The notes: a model not told the origin generated them from the sequence alone. A DNA stretch of 64,000 nucleotides from the human T2T-CHM13v2.0 reference genome, Homo sapiens (GCF_009914755.1 NC_060941.1); one strand, 5' to 3'. Shown: positions 13,971-28,744, counted from the stretch's first letter. Translations and numbers: made by a program.

Positions 13971-13976
13971 TTTATT
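13971..13976 (-). terminator. Poly(A) signal AATAAA, KRTAP4-12
   Basis: tttatt ~400 bp after the stop; another lies at ~14173. Confidence 0.6.
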
Positions 13977-14372
13977 TTGGTACATGGAAATAACAAGGTA
14001 CAAAAATGTTTGCAAAAGACTTTAAGAGAGAGACTTCACTGGACTTCAAGGTTGGAGGCTTTAAGATCTGTGGCCCTACAAATGATGGAGGCAATCTTCA
14101 AATTCCTTAGGCATGATGAATAAATGTCCTGAAGTCAAAGAGGTGGGAGGATGTTGGAGGACAATTTGTCAATTTATTAGGAGATTGTCAATGAATTCCT
14201 TTGGAAGGAAGGGAGTTTGGACAAAAGGTAGAATGCAAATACAGAATTTCTAAGGATGAGGTTTGCTTATGGGACCCAGATCAATTCTCTTGAACAGTCC
14301 GCATGTTTGCAATGAGAGCCTTCATCTGTAGGAAAGGACGTAATAAGGAAGTGGTGTGTTCACAGCAGAGAT

Positions 14373-14978
14373 TTAGCAGCAAGAGGAGGCACAGCACAAG
14401 GGGCGGGGGCAGGTGGAGATGACACAGGTTGGGCGATAGCAAGTGGTGTGGCAGGAGACTCGGCCACAGACTGGACGCAGGCAGCAGCAGGGGCGGCAGC
14501 AGCTGGATTCACAGCAAGAGGGGCAGCAGCTGCTGGAGATGCAGCAGCTGGGGCGGCAGCAGGTGGGCTGGCAGCACACAGACTGGCAGCACTGGGGTCT
14601 GCAGCAGCTGGACACACAGCAGCTGGGGCGGCAGCAAGTGGTCCTGCAGCAGGTGGTCTGACAGCAGCTGGGGCGGCAGCAGGTGGGCTGGCAGCACACA
14701 GACTGGCAGCACTGGGGTCTGCAGCAGCTGGACACACAGCAGCTGGGGCGGCAGCAGGTGGTCCTACAGCAGGTGGTCTGACAGCAGCTGGGGCGGCAGC
14801 AGGTGGGCTGACAGCACACAGACTGGCAGCACTGGGGCCTGCAGCAGCTGGACACACAGCAGCTGGGGCGGCAGCAGGTGGTCCTGCAGCAGGTGGTCTG
14901 GCAGCAGCTGGGGCGGCAGCAGTTCTCCAGGCCACAGCCCTGGTCAGAGCACACAGAGCCACAACAGGAGTTGACCAT
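14373..14978 (-). CDS. KRTAP4-12: Keratin-associated protein 4-12, 201 aa
   Basis: [24 protein letters not shown]...PLCCASSCC with three near-identical 120-bp (40-aa) units. Position and order in the cluster fit. Confidence 0.9.
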   Translation of the reverse strand: MVNSCCGSVCSDQGCGLENCCRPSCCQTTCCRTTCCRPSCCVSSCCRPQCCQSVCCQPTCCRPSCCQTTCCRTTCCRPSCCVSSCCRPQCCQSVCCQPTCCRPSCCQTTCCRTTCCRPSCCVSSCCRPQCCQSVCCQPTCCRPSCCISSSCCPSCCESSCCRPCCCLRPVCGRVSCHTTCYRPTCVISTCPRPLCCASSCC

Positions 14979-15061
14979 GGTGTCAGAGGGTGGAGGTTCT
15001 CGGTGGGTTTCCAGGAGAGTGAGTGTTCTGAGTTTGATCTCTCCTTGTTCTCTCTTTTGCT

Positions 15062-15068
15062 TTTTATA
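15062..15068 (-). promoter_or_regulatory. TATA box of KRTAP4-12 (TATAAAA)
   Basis: ttttata ~85-90 bp upstream of the ATG. Confidence 0.8.
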
Positions 15069-16304
15069 CCCTGCTGAGAACCACTATGACCATGTGAATA
15101 ATCTTGTGGTTTGCACATTACTAATAGAGAATCAGTTGTTTTTTAGTAAATTAGATAGTTGTCCTTATCTGGTAAATATTTCTATAAATAGAAAAGGCAA
15201 CATTTCCTTTTCCTGTTGTATTCTGAGCTATCCAATTTGGTTAAGCCAAGTGAATCAGCTCTCATTCTCCTTCCTTCATCTGATGTGTCTTCTGATGTGT
15301 AGACCCATTACATGACATTGTTTGATTAATTCTTTATTTATTTGACTCCTGGATAATAAGTTGAAAATAGATTTTATGATGACTAAATCTCCTCTGCTCT
15401 CAAAGAGGTTAAAAATAAATTACATAGAATGCTGGTAGGAAAATGTGATGAAAGATTCATCTTTGGGGGGTGATAGGAGGTAACTTGTGTATAATAAGGA
15501 ACACTGTGATTCCTTTGAATTTTGTGGCTGGTCAGTGAGATATAAAAGATCCCACTGAAATTCCTGTTTCATGTTATTGACTCTATTTAGCTTGAAACAG
15601 ATATAATGCAATGATTCATTGCTTTACAAGTAAAAATACATTGGCATGATAGGTCCCTTTATAAATTATTGTTGGCATGTTCTTCAGAGATGGGGATCAT
15701 AAGGAACATTTTTGTTCTATTTTGTTGGTAAGTCAAGATACCCACTGAATGTGTTTAACTGAAGTGTTATTGAAAGTAGATTTTCTCATACTCGAAAGCT
15801 GCTTTTTCTCACAATGTATGTTGGAGATATTTTGCTTGATACATGGAGAAAAGAAACAAAGGATCAAGTTTAATTTCTGTCCTACAGAAGCTTAAACAAG
15901 ACAAATAAGAAACATGTATAGGAAAGAATTTAGCAACTATTTAGAGAATGGTGTGATTAGTGAACAAAATAACAATTATGTATTTAATCTGTACACTTCC
16001 AATGAAAGATGAAACAATACTAATAGTTATAATTTTTTGAGTGCTTACTATGTGTCAGGAATTTTCTGAGTCCTCTATAATTGTTATCTTGTTTATACTT
16101 CACAAGGATTCTGCTATGTAGACACAATTTTTCTAAATTCTTTACATCCAAGGTACTTGAGGCCCAGATAGATTGAAGTCACACAGTCTGTAACAGGGAA
16201 AGGGCGTCTCTCCTAGAGTGTTCAAGGAACATTTTGCGCATGAACATTTTGCAATTAAATCCCTCCTGATATTTAAAAACAATTATTTATAATTAAAAAG
16301 ATGC

Positions 16305-16570
16305 AAGGTATGTTCTCACTCCTAAGTGGGAGTTGAACAATGAGATCACATGGACACAGGGAGGGGAACATCACACACTGGAGCCTGTCGGGGGTGAGGG
16401 ACAAGGGGAGGGAGAGCATTAGGACAAATACCTGATGCATGTCGGGCTTAAAACCCAGATGACGGATTGATAGGTGCAGCAAACCATCATGGCATATGTA
16501 TAACTATGTAACAGACCTGCATGTTCTGCACATGTATCCCAAAACTTAAAGTAAAATTAAAAAAAAAAAA
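16305..16570 (+). mobile_element. L1PA 3' end fragment
   Basis: atgttctcactc...cttaaagtaaaatt followed by poly(A). Confidence 0.85.
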
Positions 16571-16685
16571 TGTATGGTAAGAAACCATCATAAACAAAGT
16601 AAAAACACAAATGACTAAATAATAAAAAAAGAACTAGCAATTAATATCACGGACAAAGGGTTAATAGTATATAAAAGACTTCTGA

Positions 16686-17127
<442 letters not shown>

Positions 17128-17784
17128 TTAGATTATCAAAAATTCAAAATCTGATAGCATTCTCTGGAAGTGAGATGATGTGAAAATAGGCATGCTCGTA
17201 TTTGTCTTGTGAAGGTTTGGCAATAACTAGCAGCATTATTCTTTGACTCAGCTATCCCAATTCCATAAAATATCTCAAAGATACTCAGGTAAATATATGA
17301 AAGATATTGCACAAGACGATTCATAAGAGTTCTATTTGGGAAAAAAACTAAAAACTACAACAACACTGGATACAACCCAGGTGTCCTTCAATAGGGTACT
17401 GGTGTATAAACTGTGGTGCCTTCCCATGATGGAGTACTATGCAGCTGTCAAAAGGAATAAGGAGTGTCTCTATAGGCTACTATAAATTAATCTCCAGTAG
17501 ATATTGTTAGGAGACGATAAAGCAGTGGAGGAAAATGTGTACAATTGTTCTGCAACAATGTTTTAAAAATCCAGGATATAAATATTGAAAGTATATTTGC
17601 TTACACTTTAAAAAACGACAGAAGAATAGAGAGAGAGGAGATGAGAAAACAGGAAAGAGGGACTTCTGTCAAAACATCAAATTGTGCATTTTAAGTACAT
17701 GCAGTTTATTTATTATATGTCAATTGTAATTTAATGTAGCTGAAAAAAAAAGAAAAAAATAATGGAAGAATCAACCACATTTGG

Positions 17785-17786
17785 TT

Positions 17787-17819
<33 letters not shown>

Positions 17820-18098
17820 GAGACGGAGTCTCACGTTGTCACCCAGGCTGGAGTGCAGTGGAGCGATCTTGGCTCACTGCAACTTCCACCTCCTGTGTTC
17901 AAGCAATTCTCTGCCTCAGCCTCCTGAGTAACTGGGATTACAGGCGCCCACCACCACACCCAGTTAATTTTTGTATTTTTAATAGACATGGGGTTTCACC
18001 ATCTTGGCCAGGCTGGTCTTGAACACCTGACCTCATGATTCCCTGCCTCAGCCTCGCAAAAGTGCTGAGATTACAGGCGTGAGCCACCGCACCCAGCC
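17785..18098 (-). mobile_element. Alu with (GTT)n tail
   Basis: Reverse Alu dimer. Confidence 0.95.
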
Positions 18099-18942
18099 CA
18101 TGTTTGTTTTTTAAAAATTGACCCATAGAGGATGGAGGGAATAGAATAGAGAAGATAGAAACAGACACTAGATTATTTTTGAATGTATCTTTTTCTGTAG
18201 CTTGGACTTTGCACCCATGTAAATATTTTACATACTTATAAAAATATTAAATTTTTAAAATCTCTCAAAATCACTAAAACCACCACCACAACAATGGAAT
18301 CTAACTGTATATCCAGGCATAACTTCAGAGAAAGTAACTATCCCAAGGCCAAAATGTTTTTTTCAAAAACCTGTTAAGTTTGTTTGCAATAACTACACTG
18401 TTGTTATTAGTATTGGCAATATTATTCCAAGATTGTTGTGCAAGCATTAGGTAATAAAGAAAATGAGTAATTACATCAAGGAACTGTTATTTTTGGCAAG
18501 GAATAAAAGAGATTTAGGAAAAAGATATGAGGTTAAGTAAAAATCCTGTAATTATCAGTAGAAACGCTGATGTACTTTATCTTTTAAGCAAATATTTTCT
18601 AGTTGTGGACACTGAAAAAGTTGAGAGAAAATAATCAATTTAGTAATACTCATCATTTTTACATTTCAATCTTTCGTCCCAAATGCCATATTCACTACAA
18701 GGAACAGGGGTTCCTTGGAGAAATGGCTGAATATAAGTGTGGGTAAGGAAATATACAAATGAACCTGGAATATCTTATTATATATATATTAAAAAAAATC
18801 TACTAGATTCACGTCAAAAGTAGCCAGAGACCAACTTGAAGTTTGTTATTTGAGCACCAATGGGGATATGAACTGGAACCCACAGGTTCATATTGACAGG
18901 AGTTAAAAAAAATACTTTGGTCAGCTTTGAATGATGTTCCAT

Positions 18943-20587
18943 TAGCAAGATTAACCAAGAAAAGGGAGAAAAAATCTAAATAACCTCACTAAGAAATGAA
19001 ATGGGAGCTATTACAACTGACACCACACAAATACAAAAGATCATTCAAGGCTACTATGAACACCTTTATGCACATAAACTAGAAAACCTAGAAGAGATGG
19101 ATAAATTCAGGGAAAAATACAACCCTCTTAACTTAAATCGAGAAGAATTAGATACCCTGAACAGACCAATAACAACCAGTGAGATTGAATGGTAATTAAA
19201 AAATTACCAACAAAAAAAAGTCCAGGACTAGGCAGATTCACAGCAGAATTCTACTAGACATTCAAAGAAGAATTGGTAACAATCCTTTTGACACTATTCC
19301 ACAAGATAGACAATTAAGGAATCCTCCCTAATTCATTCTATGAAGCCAGCATCACCCTAATACCAAAACCAGAAAATGACATAACCAAAAAAGAAAACTA
19401 CAGACCAATATCCTTGATGAATATAGATGCTAAAATCCTTAACAAAATACTAGCTAACTGAATCCAACAACATATCAAAAAGATAATCCACCATAATCAA
19501 GTGGGTTTCATACCAGGGATGCAGGGATGGTTTAACATATGCAAGTCAATAACTGTGATACACCACATAAACAAAATTAAAAACAACAATCACATAATCA
19601 TCTCAATAGATGCAGAAAAAACATTTGACAAAATCCAGCATCCTTTTATTATTAAAACCCTCAGCAAAATCAGCGTACAGGGGACATATCTTAATGTAAT
19701 AAAAGCCATCTATGACAAACCCACGGCCAACATAATACTGAATGGGGAAATGTTGAAAGCATTACCTCTGAGAACAGGAACAAGACAAGGGTGCCCACTC
19801 TCCCACTCTTCTTCAACATAGTACTGGAAGCCCTAGCCAGAGCAGTCAGACAAGAGAAAGAAATAAAGGGCATCCAAATCAGTAAAGAGGAAGTCAAACT
19901 GTCCCTGTTTGCTGACAGTATGGTTGTTTACCTTGAAAACTCTAAGGATTCCTCCAGAAAGCTCCTAGAACTGATGAAAGAATTCAGCAAAATTTCCAGA
20001 TATAAGATTAATGTACACAAATCACCAGCTCTTCTATACACCAACAGCGACCAAACGGAGAATCAAATCAAGAACTCAACCCCTTTAACAATAGCTGCAA
20101 AAAAAAAAAAAAATACTTAGGAATATACTTAACAAAGGAGACAAAAGACCTTTACAAGGAAAACTACAAAACACTGTTGAAAGAAATCATAGACGATAGA
20201 AACAAATGGAAACACATCCAATGCTCATGGATGAGTAGAATCAATATTGTGAAAATGATCATACTGCCAAAAGCAGTCTACAAATTCAATGCCATCCCCA
20301 TCAAAATACCACCATCATTCTTCACAGAGTTGGAAAAAACAATTCTAAAATTCATATGGGACCAAAAAAGAGCCCACATAACCAAAGCAAGACTAAGCAA
20401 AAAGAACAAATCTGGAGGCATCACACTATCTGATTTCAAACTACATTCTAAGGCCATAGTCACCAAAACAGTGTGGTACTGGTATAAAAATAGGCACATG
20501 GATCAATGGAACAGAATAGAGAACCCAGAAATAAACTCAAATACTTACAGCCAACTGATCTTCGACAAAGCAAACAAAAACATAAAA
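18943..20587 (+). mobile_element. L1 ORF2 (reverse-transcriptase region) fragment, disrupted
   Basis: ORF track gives L1 ORF2 peptides ([45 protein letters not shown]) broken by frameshifts and stops. Confidence 0.95.
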
Positions 20588-21944
20588 TAATATTCTTATT
20601 AATTTTTCTCCACAGTTTCTCTCATTAATTCCATAGTGGATTAGAGTATTTGATTATTGGCTTGTCTTATTTTTATTCTTATATTAACTGTAGCTTCTGT
20701 ATGTGAAGTTTTATCTCTATATTTATGTGTTGATTGTAGCCTTTAGCATAATACTTTTTCCTACTTTGTCCTCTGTAATGCTTTTTGTGTAAGTCTAACT
20801 TGTGGGATAGAAGAATTGTAGCCCCTGCTTTCTTCCATTTGCATTTTCATATATGTATCTCTGTCTTTACCTTTTCACTTTTAACCTTCTGATGCTTGTT
20901 GATTCACTTGTGTCTCTTTATAGACAGCATAATGCTGAGCTTTCCTTTTCATAAGCCAATCTGAAAATCTTTTTTTAAAGTCAGTTGAGCCTATTATATG
21001 TATGGATATAATCAATATGCTTAAATTTAATTATGTCATTTTTATTATACTTATATATAATAATGATATATAATAAGTTATCTTCTATATTTGTTAAATA
21101 TTTCTCTTGCCTGTCTCTTTATCTTTCTATCTCTCTGTCTTTCACTTTTAAAATTCTAATCTTTCACCTTTTAAATTCTCTCTCTTTCTCAGTATGCCTT
21201 TTGGTATTTAGGAATGTTTGTATTTTGTACTAACGGTTACCTTTATATACCTCATGAGCTCTATTTTTTAGCTACTGTCAGTTGATTCTCTGCTTACAGA
21301 AATATTGAAATTATCTGGTTACCTCTTTATTCCTCACTCCCTGAGCATGAGATTTGAATTCCTGGTTAATATCTATAAGGCAATCAGCAAACTTCTACTT
21401 TATATATTTGCTCTCCTTTTCCTTCCTGTTTTGGTAGTTGTGCTGTATCAACATTGTCAGTACATAGCTGTTAGGTATCACACTTCCTCTCTTAGGCTTA
21501 TCGTTCATTCTGTTCTTAGTTCCAAAGGATATATATCGATCCAGACCTCATGTAGATGTCCTTCCAGTATCTTTAGTCATCTGATTTTATGAAGTTCACT
21601 TGTTAATAAATTCTTCAGGATCCACCCATGGTGGAGAATATTCACTGAGTTTTTTCATGTTTATAATAGTTTGTTTGTGGCCTTTATACCTGAAGTTCAG
21701 TTTGGCTGAATTTAAAATCTTTGCCTCACATTTTCTTTCCTTGAGCATTACTCTATTATCTTCTGACATTTTCATCAAAATGTGTGAAAACAAGCTCGTT
21801 TTATTTCCTTCTGGTTGACATGGACATTTTGCCTGGATGTTCAAATGATTACTTTTCTTTAAATAATTATTATGTTTTTCTTTAAAATTCAAGGCTTTTA
21901 TAACATTATGTCTCAATTTTGACCATTATGAGCTTATTTTTCCA

Positions 21945-22080
21945 GAAGGGGTAGCTATACTTATAACAGATAAAACAAACTTAAAATCAACAACAGTAAA
22001 AACAGAGAAAGGAGGTCATTATATAATAATAAAGGGATCAATTCAGCAAGAAGATATAACAATTCTAAATATACATATTA
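21945..22080 (+). mobile_element. L1 ORF2 endonuclease-region fragment
   Basis: ggggtagctatactt...ggtcattatataat...aagggatcaattcagcaagaagatataacaatt. Confidence 0.75.
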
Positions 22081-22082
22081 GT

Positions 22083-23160
22083 AAGAGAGTGAGCTTAGTA
22101 AATTTGAAAGTCCCTTTGCTACCTGTCCTTTTTTGTGCTCTGCTGAAGCAGCTGTGACCATGTCCGGGATCATTTCCTACTTTATTTTCTTATGGAGATG
22201 TTGGGGCTCAGAAAACAAAACCCCAAAATATGATTCTTTGGTACCTTGATTGGGGAATTGTGGGGAACAGCAGCTATAAGCAGAGGTTTTCTCTGAGGTT
22301 CCCGTATCTGCCTGAAGACATCCAGGAAAGATATATAACAGGAAAAGAGGCTAAATGTTGACATCACCCCAGAGCGGCTTTGCCTGAAAGACTTTACCTA
22401 CATAGCAAGACAGCCTTTGTTCACCATACATTTCTTTCCCTCACCTTCCCATAGCTTGTGGACACCTCCCCTAAGAATCCCCAAGACCCTATTCTGATGC
22501 TATACAAACTTCAATCATTGGCCCTTCTTCAAGTCTTATAGTTTGTGAGGCTCTGCACATGCATGTAATAAATTTGTATGCCTTTTCTCCTGTTGATCAG
22601 TCTGCTGTCACTTTTTTCCAGAGACTCAAATTCTCACATCTAGAGAGTAGAGGGAAGTTTAAAACACACCTATACACTATACACGAAATTAGATCATTAC
22701 GTTTTTCTGGTTAAATATTTTAAGATGTAGGAAAATATTATTTCCCTTTCCTAGTGTGTTAAGATTTTCCAATCTGGACTTTCTCACAGAATTATCTTGC
22801 CTATTTCTTTGTCTACTGTGTCTTCTCAAGATGGCCCATCACATGGATTCAGTCCGGTATGTACCTGTGATCTGTGCATCACGCCATGATCCTGTTTGGG
22901 CAAATTGTTCTCATGATGCCAAGATCTCTTTTGATGTCAAAGAGAAGCAGAATTAGAGTAGGGAAATAAAAAGAAACAAGCTCATCTTTCTGAGTTAGTT
23001 ACCGGTGAGCAATGAGGAAGACATATCCTATTTGTGAGTCATAAATGCTCATTAGATAGTGGACTCTCTAGACTTCTTCAAAGTATGCACCAGGTATCAT
23101 TTCCTTTATTCAATTTGAAACTGTTAACAATGACTCATTGTTTTAAAATATGAAAAGGCA
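22083..23160 (-). pseudogene. Orphan KRTAP4-type 5'UTR/promoter remnant with no coding region, interrupted by an LTR
   Basis: 22083-22146 aligns ungapped to the KRTAP4-6 5'UTR/TATA region 31367-31430 (48/64 identical by eye). 22685-22770 resembles KRTAP4-4 upstream 52615-52705. Confidence 0.75.
22199..22676 (+). mobile_element. ERV1-class solo LTR (MER31-like)
   Basis: tgttggggctcagaaaac start, aataaa at ~22567, ends ...taca. Confidence 0.6.
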
Positions 23161-24207
23161 TTTGGAGCTACTCTGAATAAACTTTCACTGGCCTAATATG
23201 GGACTTGGGCACCAAAATGAATATTGGCAGTAATAGATTACAACCCATCAAATAAAATTAAGGATTGATGAGTCCATATTGATATGAATTAAATGGAGAA
23301 GTTAAAAAAAGGAAGATGAGAAAGTTATCCATGACAGTAGAATGTCAATGAGTAAATGTAGAAGGAATAAAGGAGTTTCAAATCACCATTTACAGCCATT
23401 ATAATAAAACTTGATCAAGTGAATATCATCAATGAATGCTATAACTATTGGGTGGAAGTTTAATGGGGAGCAGGATATTTGCACACTTCAAAATATTTTC
23501 CCAATAACTGTTTATTAATTTCAAAGGGAAAATGTTAACTTTACTGTGAAGAAACTTGAGAACATACCCTTCATCACAGGATCAAAGTTAGCAGCATTAA
23601 TAATGGTCAAACTAGCATGTGTCTCCTGAAGTCACACACTGAAAGGACACATTACTTATGCAATATTTCTGTTAAAATGCAAAACCTGAATATAAGCATG
23701 AGGAAACATCAGATAACCTCAGACTAAGAAATACTCCACATAACGACTGGTCTGCTATCTTCAAAAATATTAGCACCATCTAATATAAAGACAGTCTGAG
23801 CAAGTATTTCAGGTCTAAATAAAGTAAGGAGATATGATAGCTAAATGCAATGTATGAACATGGATAAAAATTGCTTTATAGGATATATTGGAAAAATGGC
23901 AACGTTTGGATATAGCATGTATATTAGGTAATAATATTGCATCAACATTCAGTTTAATTGATATCTTTACTGTGGTTATACATGAAAATGTCCTTAGTCT
24001 TAGGACATAAGTCTATCTCTATCCATGTCATCTCTCTAGAGAGAGAGAGAAATCAAATGTGGCCAAATGTTGAATCTAGGTGAAGACTATATGGCATAAG
24101 GAATTCTTTACTCTTATAACTATTCTGTAAGTTTGAAATGTTTTCAAAAATGAAAAAAGTTTAAAAATAAAACGAATTAGGATTGAAAAAGTATTTTTTC
24201 TTTGGCG

Positions 24208-24776
24208 TGTTAAAAGAAACATTTAGGCAAATTAAATTTAACAGATTTTAATTCATCAAAGAATAATTCATGAATTGGGAAGCTCCCAGACAAGCACAAG
24301 TTCGGAGCAACTCCTTGGCTTCCATTTGGTTAAATAACATTTATGGATAGAAAAAGGAAAGTGATTTGAGTAGTTGCAGCTGAGACCATATGATGTTCTA
24401 CTAAATATCTGAAGATTAAGATGAAGAATTGAGTTATGATCACATACCTCAATTATTAAAAGTAGCCCTAATCTAAAAAAAAGAAAAAAAGAAAAAAAAA
24501 AGGAAAAGGAAAGTGATGTACAGAAAACCAAAGTGAGGGACAGAAATAGCTGGGCTCGTTAGAGCTCAACGTTTGCTTTAGTTGAACATGGTTTAAACAG
24601 TTGGCCCCTGTGATTGACCAGAACTGGGCTGCCGTGGACTTGGATACTTGTTGGAAAGGTAGGTTACAGTTTGTTTACATATCCAGTTAGGTTACAGTTT
24701 ACTATGCATGGAGAAACGTTTATGCCAAGCCTAAAATATGTAAAGAGGCAGCTTTAGGCTAAACTTAATTTAACAA
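24208..24776 (-). mobile_element. ERV1-class solo LTR (MER57-like) containing a retro-insert
   Basis: tgttaaaag...tttaaca termini; reverse strand begins TGTTAAAATTAAGTTTAGCCTAAAGCTGCC. Confidence 0.65.
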
Positions 24777-25864
24777 TTCTTAGTATAATAAGAGTGAGGA
24801 GTTTGGGTCTTTTGGAGGAAATGCTGAAGTATATAATAAAATTTACTTCATAGGAGCATCTACTATAAAAACCCTTTAAAAATATTTCTAACACAGTAAA
24901 TCTTTCATCTCCTTGGGTCTCTGAAAATAAAGAACTTCTGGCAATGTAGCTGACTGAGTTGATACTGACAGACCCACTTCCTGGTATGAGTAAGTATAAA
25001 TTCTTCAAAGATTTTTTAAAAAATTCAATCGTAGTTGAACTTGAGAAAAGTAGAGAAAAATTCTCATTTGTCAGAAACTAAGAGGGAACTCAAATGGCAA
25101 ACACTAGCTGATGTCCTGTGGCCTGTGGGAAGGTTTGGCATCCAGTTAGATGCCCTCAGAACTGGAGGCTGGTGGTTAAAACTCAGGCAGGTACAAGAAA
25201 TGGGACCTGAAACTATCACCAGGCAGGATCTAGGAAGTAAGACCCTTATATAAAGTTTATATTCTTAAGAACGCTGTTTGGGCAGATTGTTCTCATGATG
25301 CCAAGATCCCTTTGATGTCAAAAGAGAAGAATGTAAACTTAAGGTTTACATTCTGAAAGCATTTTTGTGCATAAGATGGAGACAAGAAAACCTTAGTCTG
25401 CCTACAGGAATTTTATGTGGTAATAAAGTCATGAACAACTAAACCATGCAATATCACCAAGCTTCTTAATTCACACTGTATGCATAGTGGAGGAACCTCA
25501 AGGTGAGAAACTGCTGATACTAAATAGTGCATGTCCTTGAAATAATCAGAAACAAAAGCAAAAGGAATAGCACACAGAAAGAACACCCCAAAAAGAAAAA
25601 AATATAAAAATAAAAAAGCATTAAGCACAAGGAAAAATAAACCTCTAAGAAACCACACACAGATTGCATGGGATCCCCCACAGGGGTCAATTTCTGCATA
25701 AGATAAATGCATAGGCAAATATTACAAAATATGTAAGAAAATAATTTATCATGAGTAGTATAGTAGACACAGGAAAAGGGAATATAACCCCTGGGAATTG
25801 AGATAACTGAAAATTCTGAAGGAGACTATATATAAATGGGTTTAAAAGGTAAACAAAAAATGGA

Positions 25865-26360
<496 letters not shown>

Positions 26361-26484
26361 AAAAATGAAAATCATAATGAAGAAATGGAATATAGAAAAT
26401 GACTGATTTGGAAAAGAACAATGTAGAATTACCCTTTGTTGGGACCATCCTTCCTATCACTTTCCTTTTACTTGAAGCCTTTCT

Positions 26485-26870
<386 letters not shown>

Positions 26871-27059
26871 TAATTTCATTATCTTTTTTGTTTCTCTGGG
26901 CATATAATTCTCTATCGGCAGTGTTTCCCTTCACAAGATGTCTCTTCATCGTCTTCTCACTTCCATTATTTCAGTTGAGTTTTAGGCTTCCTGTTCTTTT
27001 TGTAAAAGTGTATGTTGTTTTTTCCCCTGTTGCTTTTACTTATTTTATTATTTTATTAT

Positions 27060-27875
27060 AAAATTATATATATATAATTTAAGGTGTACAATACAATGTT
27101 TTGATATACATTGTAAAATGATTACTAAAGGCAAGATAATCAACATATTCATTGCCTCACATAGTTAGTTGCCTTTGTGTGTGTGTGTGTGTGCATGTGT
27201 GTGTGTGTGAAAACACTTAACATCTACTCTCTTAGCAAGTTTCAAGCATACAGTACAGTATTATTAACTGTAGTCACCATGCTGTACATTAAATTTTTAG
27301 AATTTATTCATTCTACATAACTGGAACCTTGTACCCTTTGACAGATATCTTCTAATTTCCCTCACCTTCCTGCCCCTAATAACCACCATTCTACTCTCTG
27401 CTTTTGTGAGTTTCACTTTTTTTAAGGTTCCACATGTAAGTGACATCATGCAGTACTTTTCCTTCCGTGTTTGCCTTATTTCACTTAACATAGTATCCTC
27501 CAGGCTCATCCATCTTGTCACAAATGGCAGAATTTCCTTTTTTAAAGCTGAATAATATTTCTTTATATGTATGCTTTAACATATATTAATATTATTATAT
27601 ATGATGTGTGTGTGTATGTGTGTGTGTGTGTGTGTATATATATGTGTATATATATATATATATATATCTCCATTCATCCTTTAATGGACACATACTGAAT
27701 CCATATCCTGGCTATTGAGAATAATGTTGCAGTAAACATGAGGTGCAGATAACTCCAGGATACTGATTTTTTACCTTCAGATATATACCTAGAAGTGGAA
27801 TTGCTAGATTTTATATGGCAGACCTATTGTAATTTTCAAAGAAACTTCCATACTGTTTTCTATAATGGCTGTATC
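27060..27875 (-). mobile_element. L1MA-type 3' end with (TG)n/(TA)n tracts
   Basis: Reverse L1 3'UTR/ORF2 end (SLEDTMLSEIRQTRKEKYCMMSL). Confidence 0.8.
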
Positions 27876-28744
27876 CATTTCTTGTTACGTTTATGATTTT
27901 CTTTTTATCTTTGGTTTTCAACAACTTTCCTTGATGTGCCTACATGTTGTTTTTCTTTTTATTCACTCTGCTTGGGTTCAGAGATGTTCTAGAATCTGTG
28001 ACTGGAGGTCTGTCATCAATTGTCTCAAATTGCCATCCGGTATCTCTTTGTTTATAACTTCTCCATTCTCTCTTCTCTCTTTCTGGGACTCCAATTTACA
28101 TGTATGTTAGACTTTTCACTATGCTCCAAGTGTGTCTTATGCTATTTTCTCCATTTTAAAACTTTTCTTCTCTCTGCATTCCAATGTGAATATTTTCTAC
28201 TTCCATTTTGCTGTTCCTCTCTCCTGTCTAATCTTCTGTTAAGCTTATTTATTGAATTCTTAATTTCAGTTTTTGAGTTTTTTGGTTCTAGAATTTTTAC
28301 TGAACTTTTTAAAAATAGATTCTACTTCTTTAATAAAATTTACATTTTTAATCTATTATTTCAAACATATTAATTGTAAGTATTCTAAAGTCAGTGTTAG
28401 TACCTGTATATAGATCATCCTTGGCTCTGTTTCTATTTTCTTTTTTCTTCTTGATTTTGCTCATTTAGTCATTTTTTTCTGGCATACTTGGTAATTTTTT
28501 TAATTGAATGCCAGAAATTCAGGAATTATATATGAAAAACTAGAGGCTGAAGGTGATCTTGTCTTTCAGCTGAAGGAATTTAATTTTTTTCTGAGACCAT
28601 GGTCTCTCAAATACTGCCTGCATAAGTCAACTCCCAATGCTCATAAACAACTGTTTTCTTAGTTTTGTCTAATTGTCAGAGTCATTCCTACTGAGAGGTT
28701 GAATCTTCTATCAGTTACTTTGTCACAACTGGAAGTGGAATTCT

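Noticed and set aside
14500-14930. Regular 120-bp repeats resembling a CRISPR-like array
   Set aside because: These are coding tandem repeats of KRTAP4-12 with no unique spacers, in a eukaryotic context.
18943-20587. Possible functional reverse transcriptase
   Set aside because: This is a fragmented L1 ORF2 with frameshifts and stops, lacking both ends.
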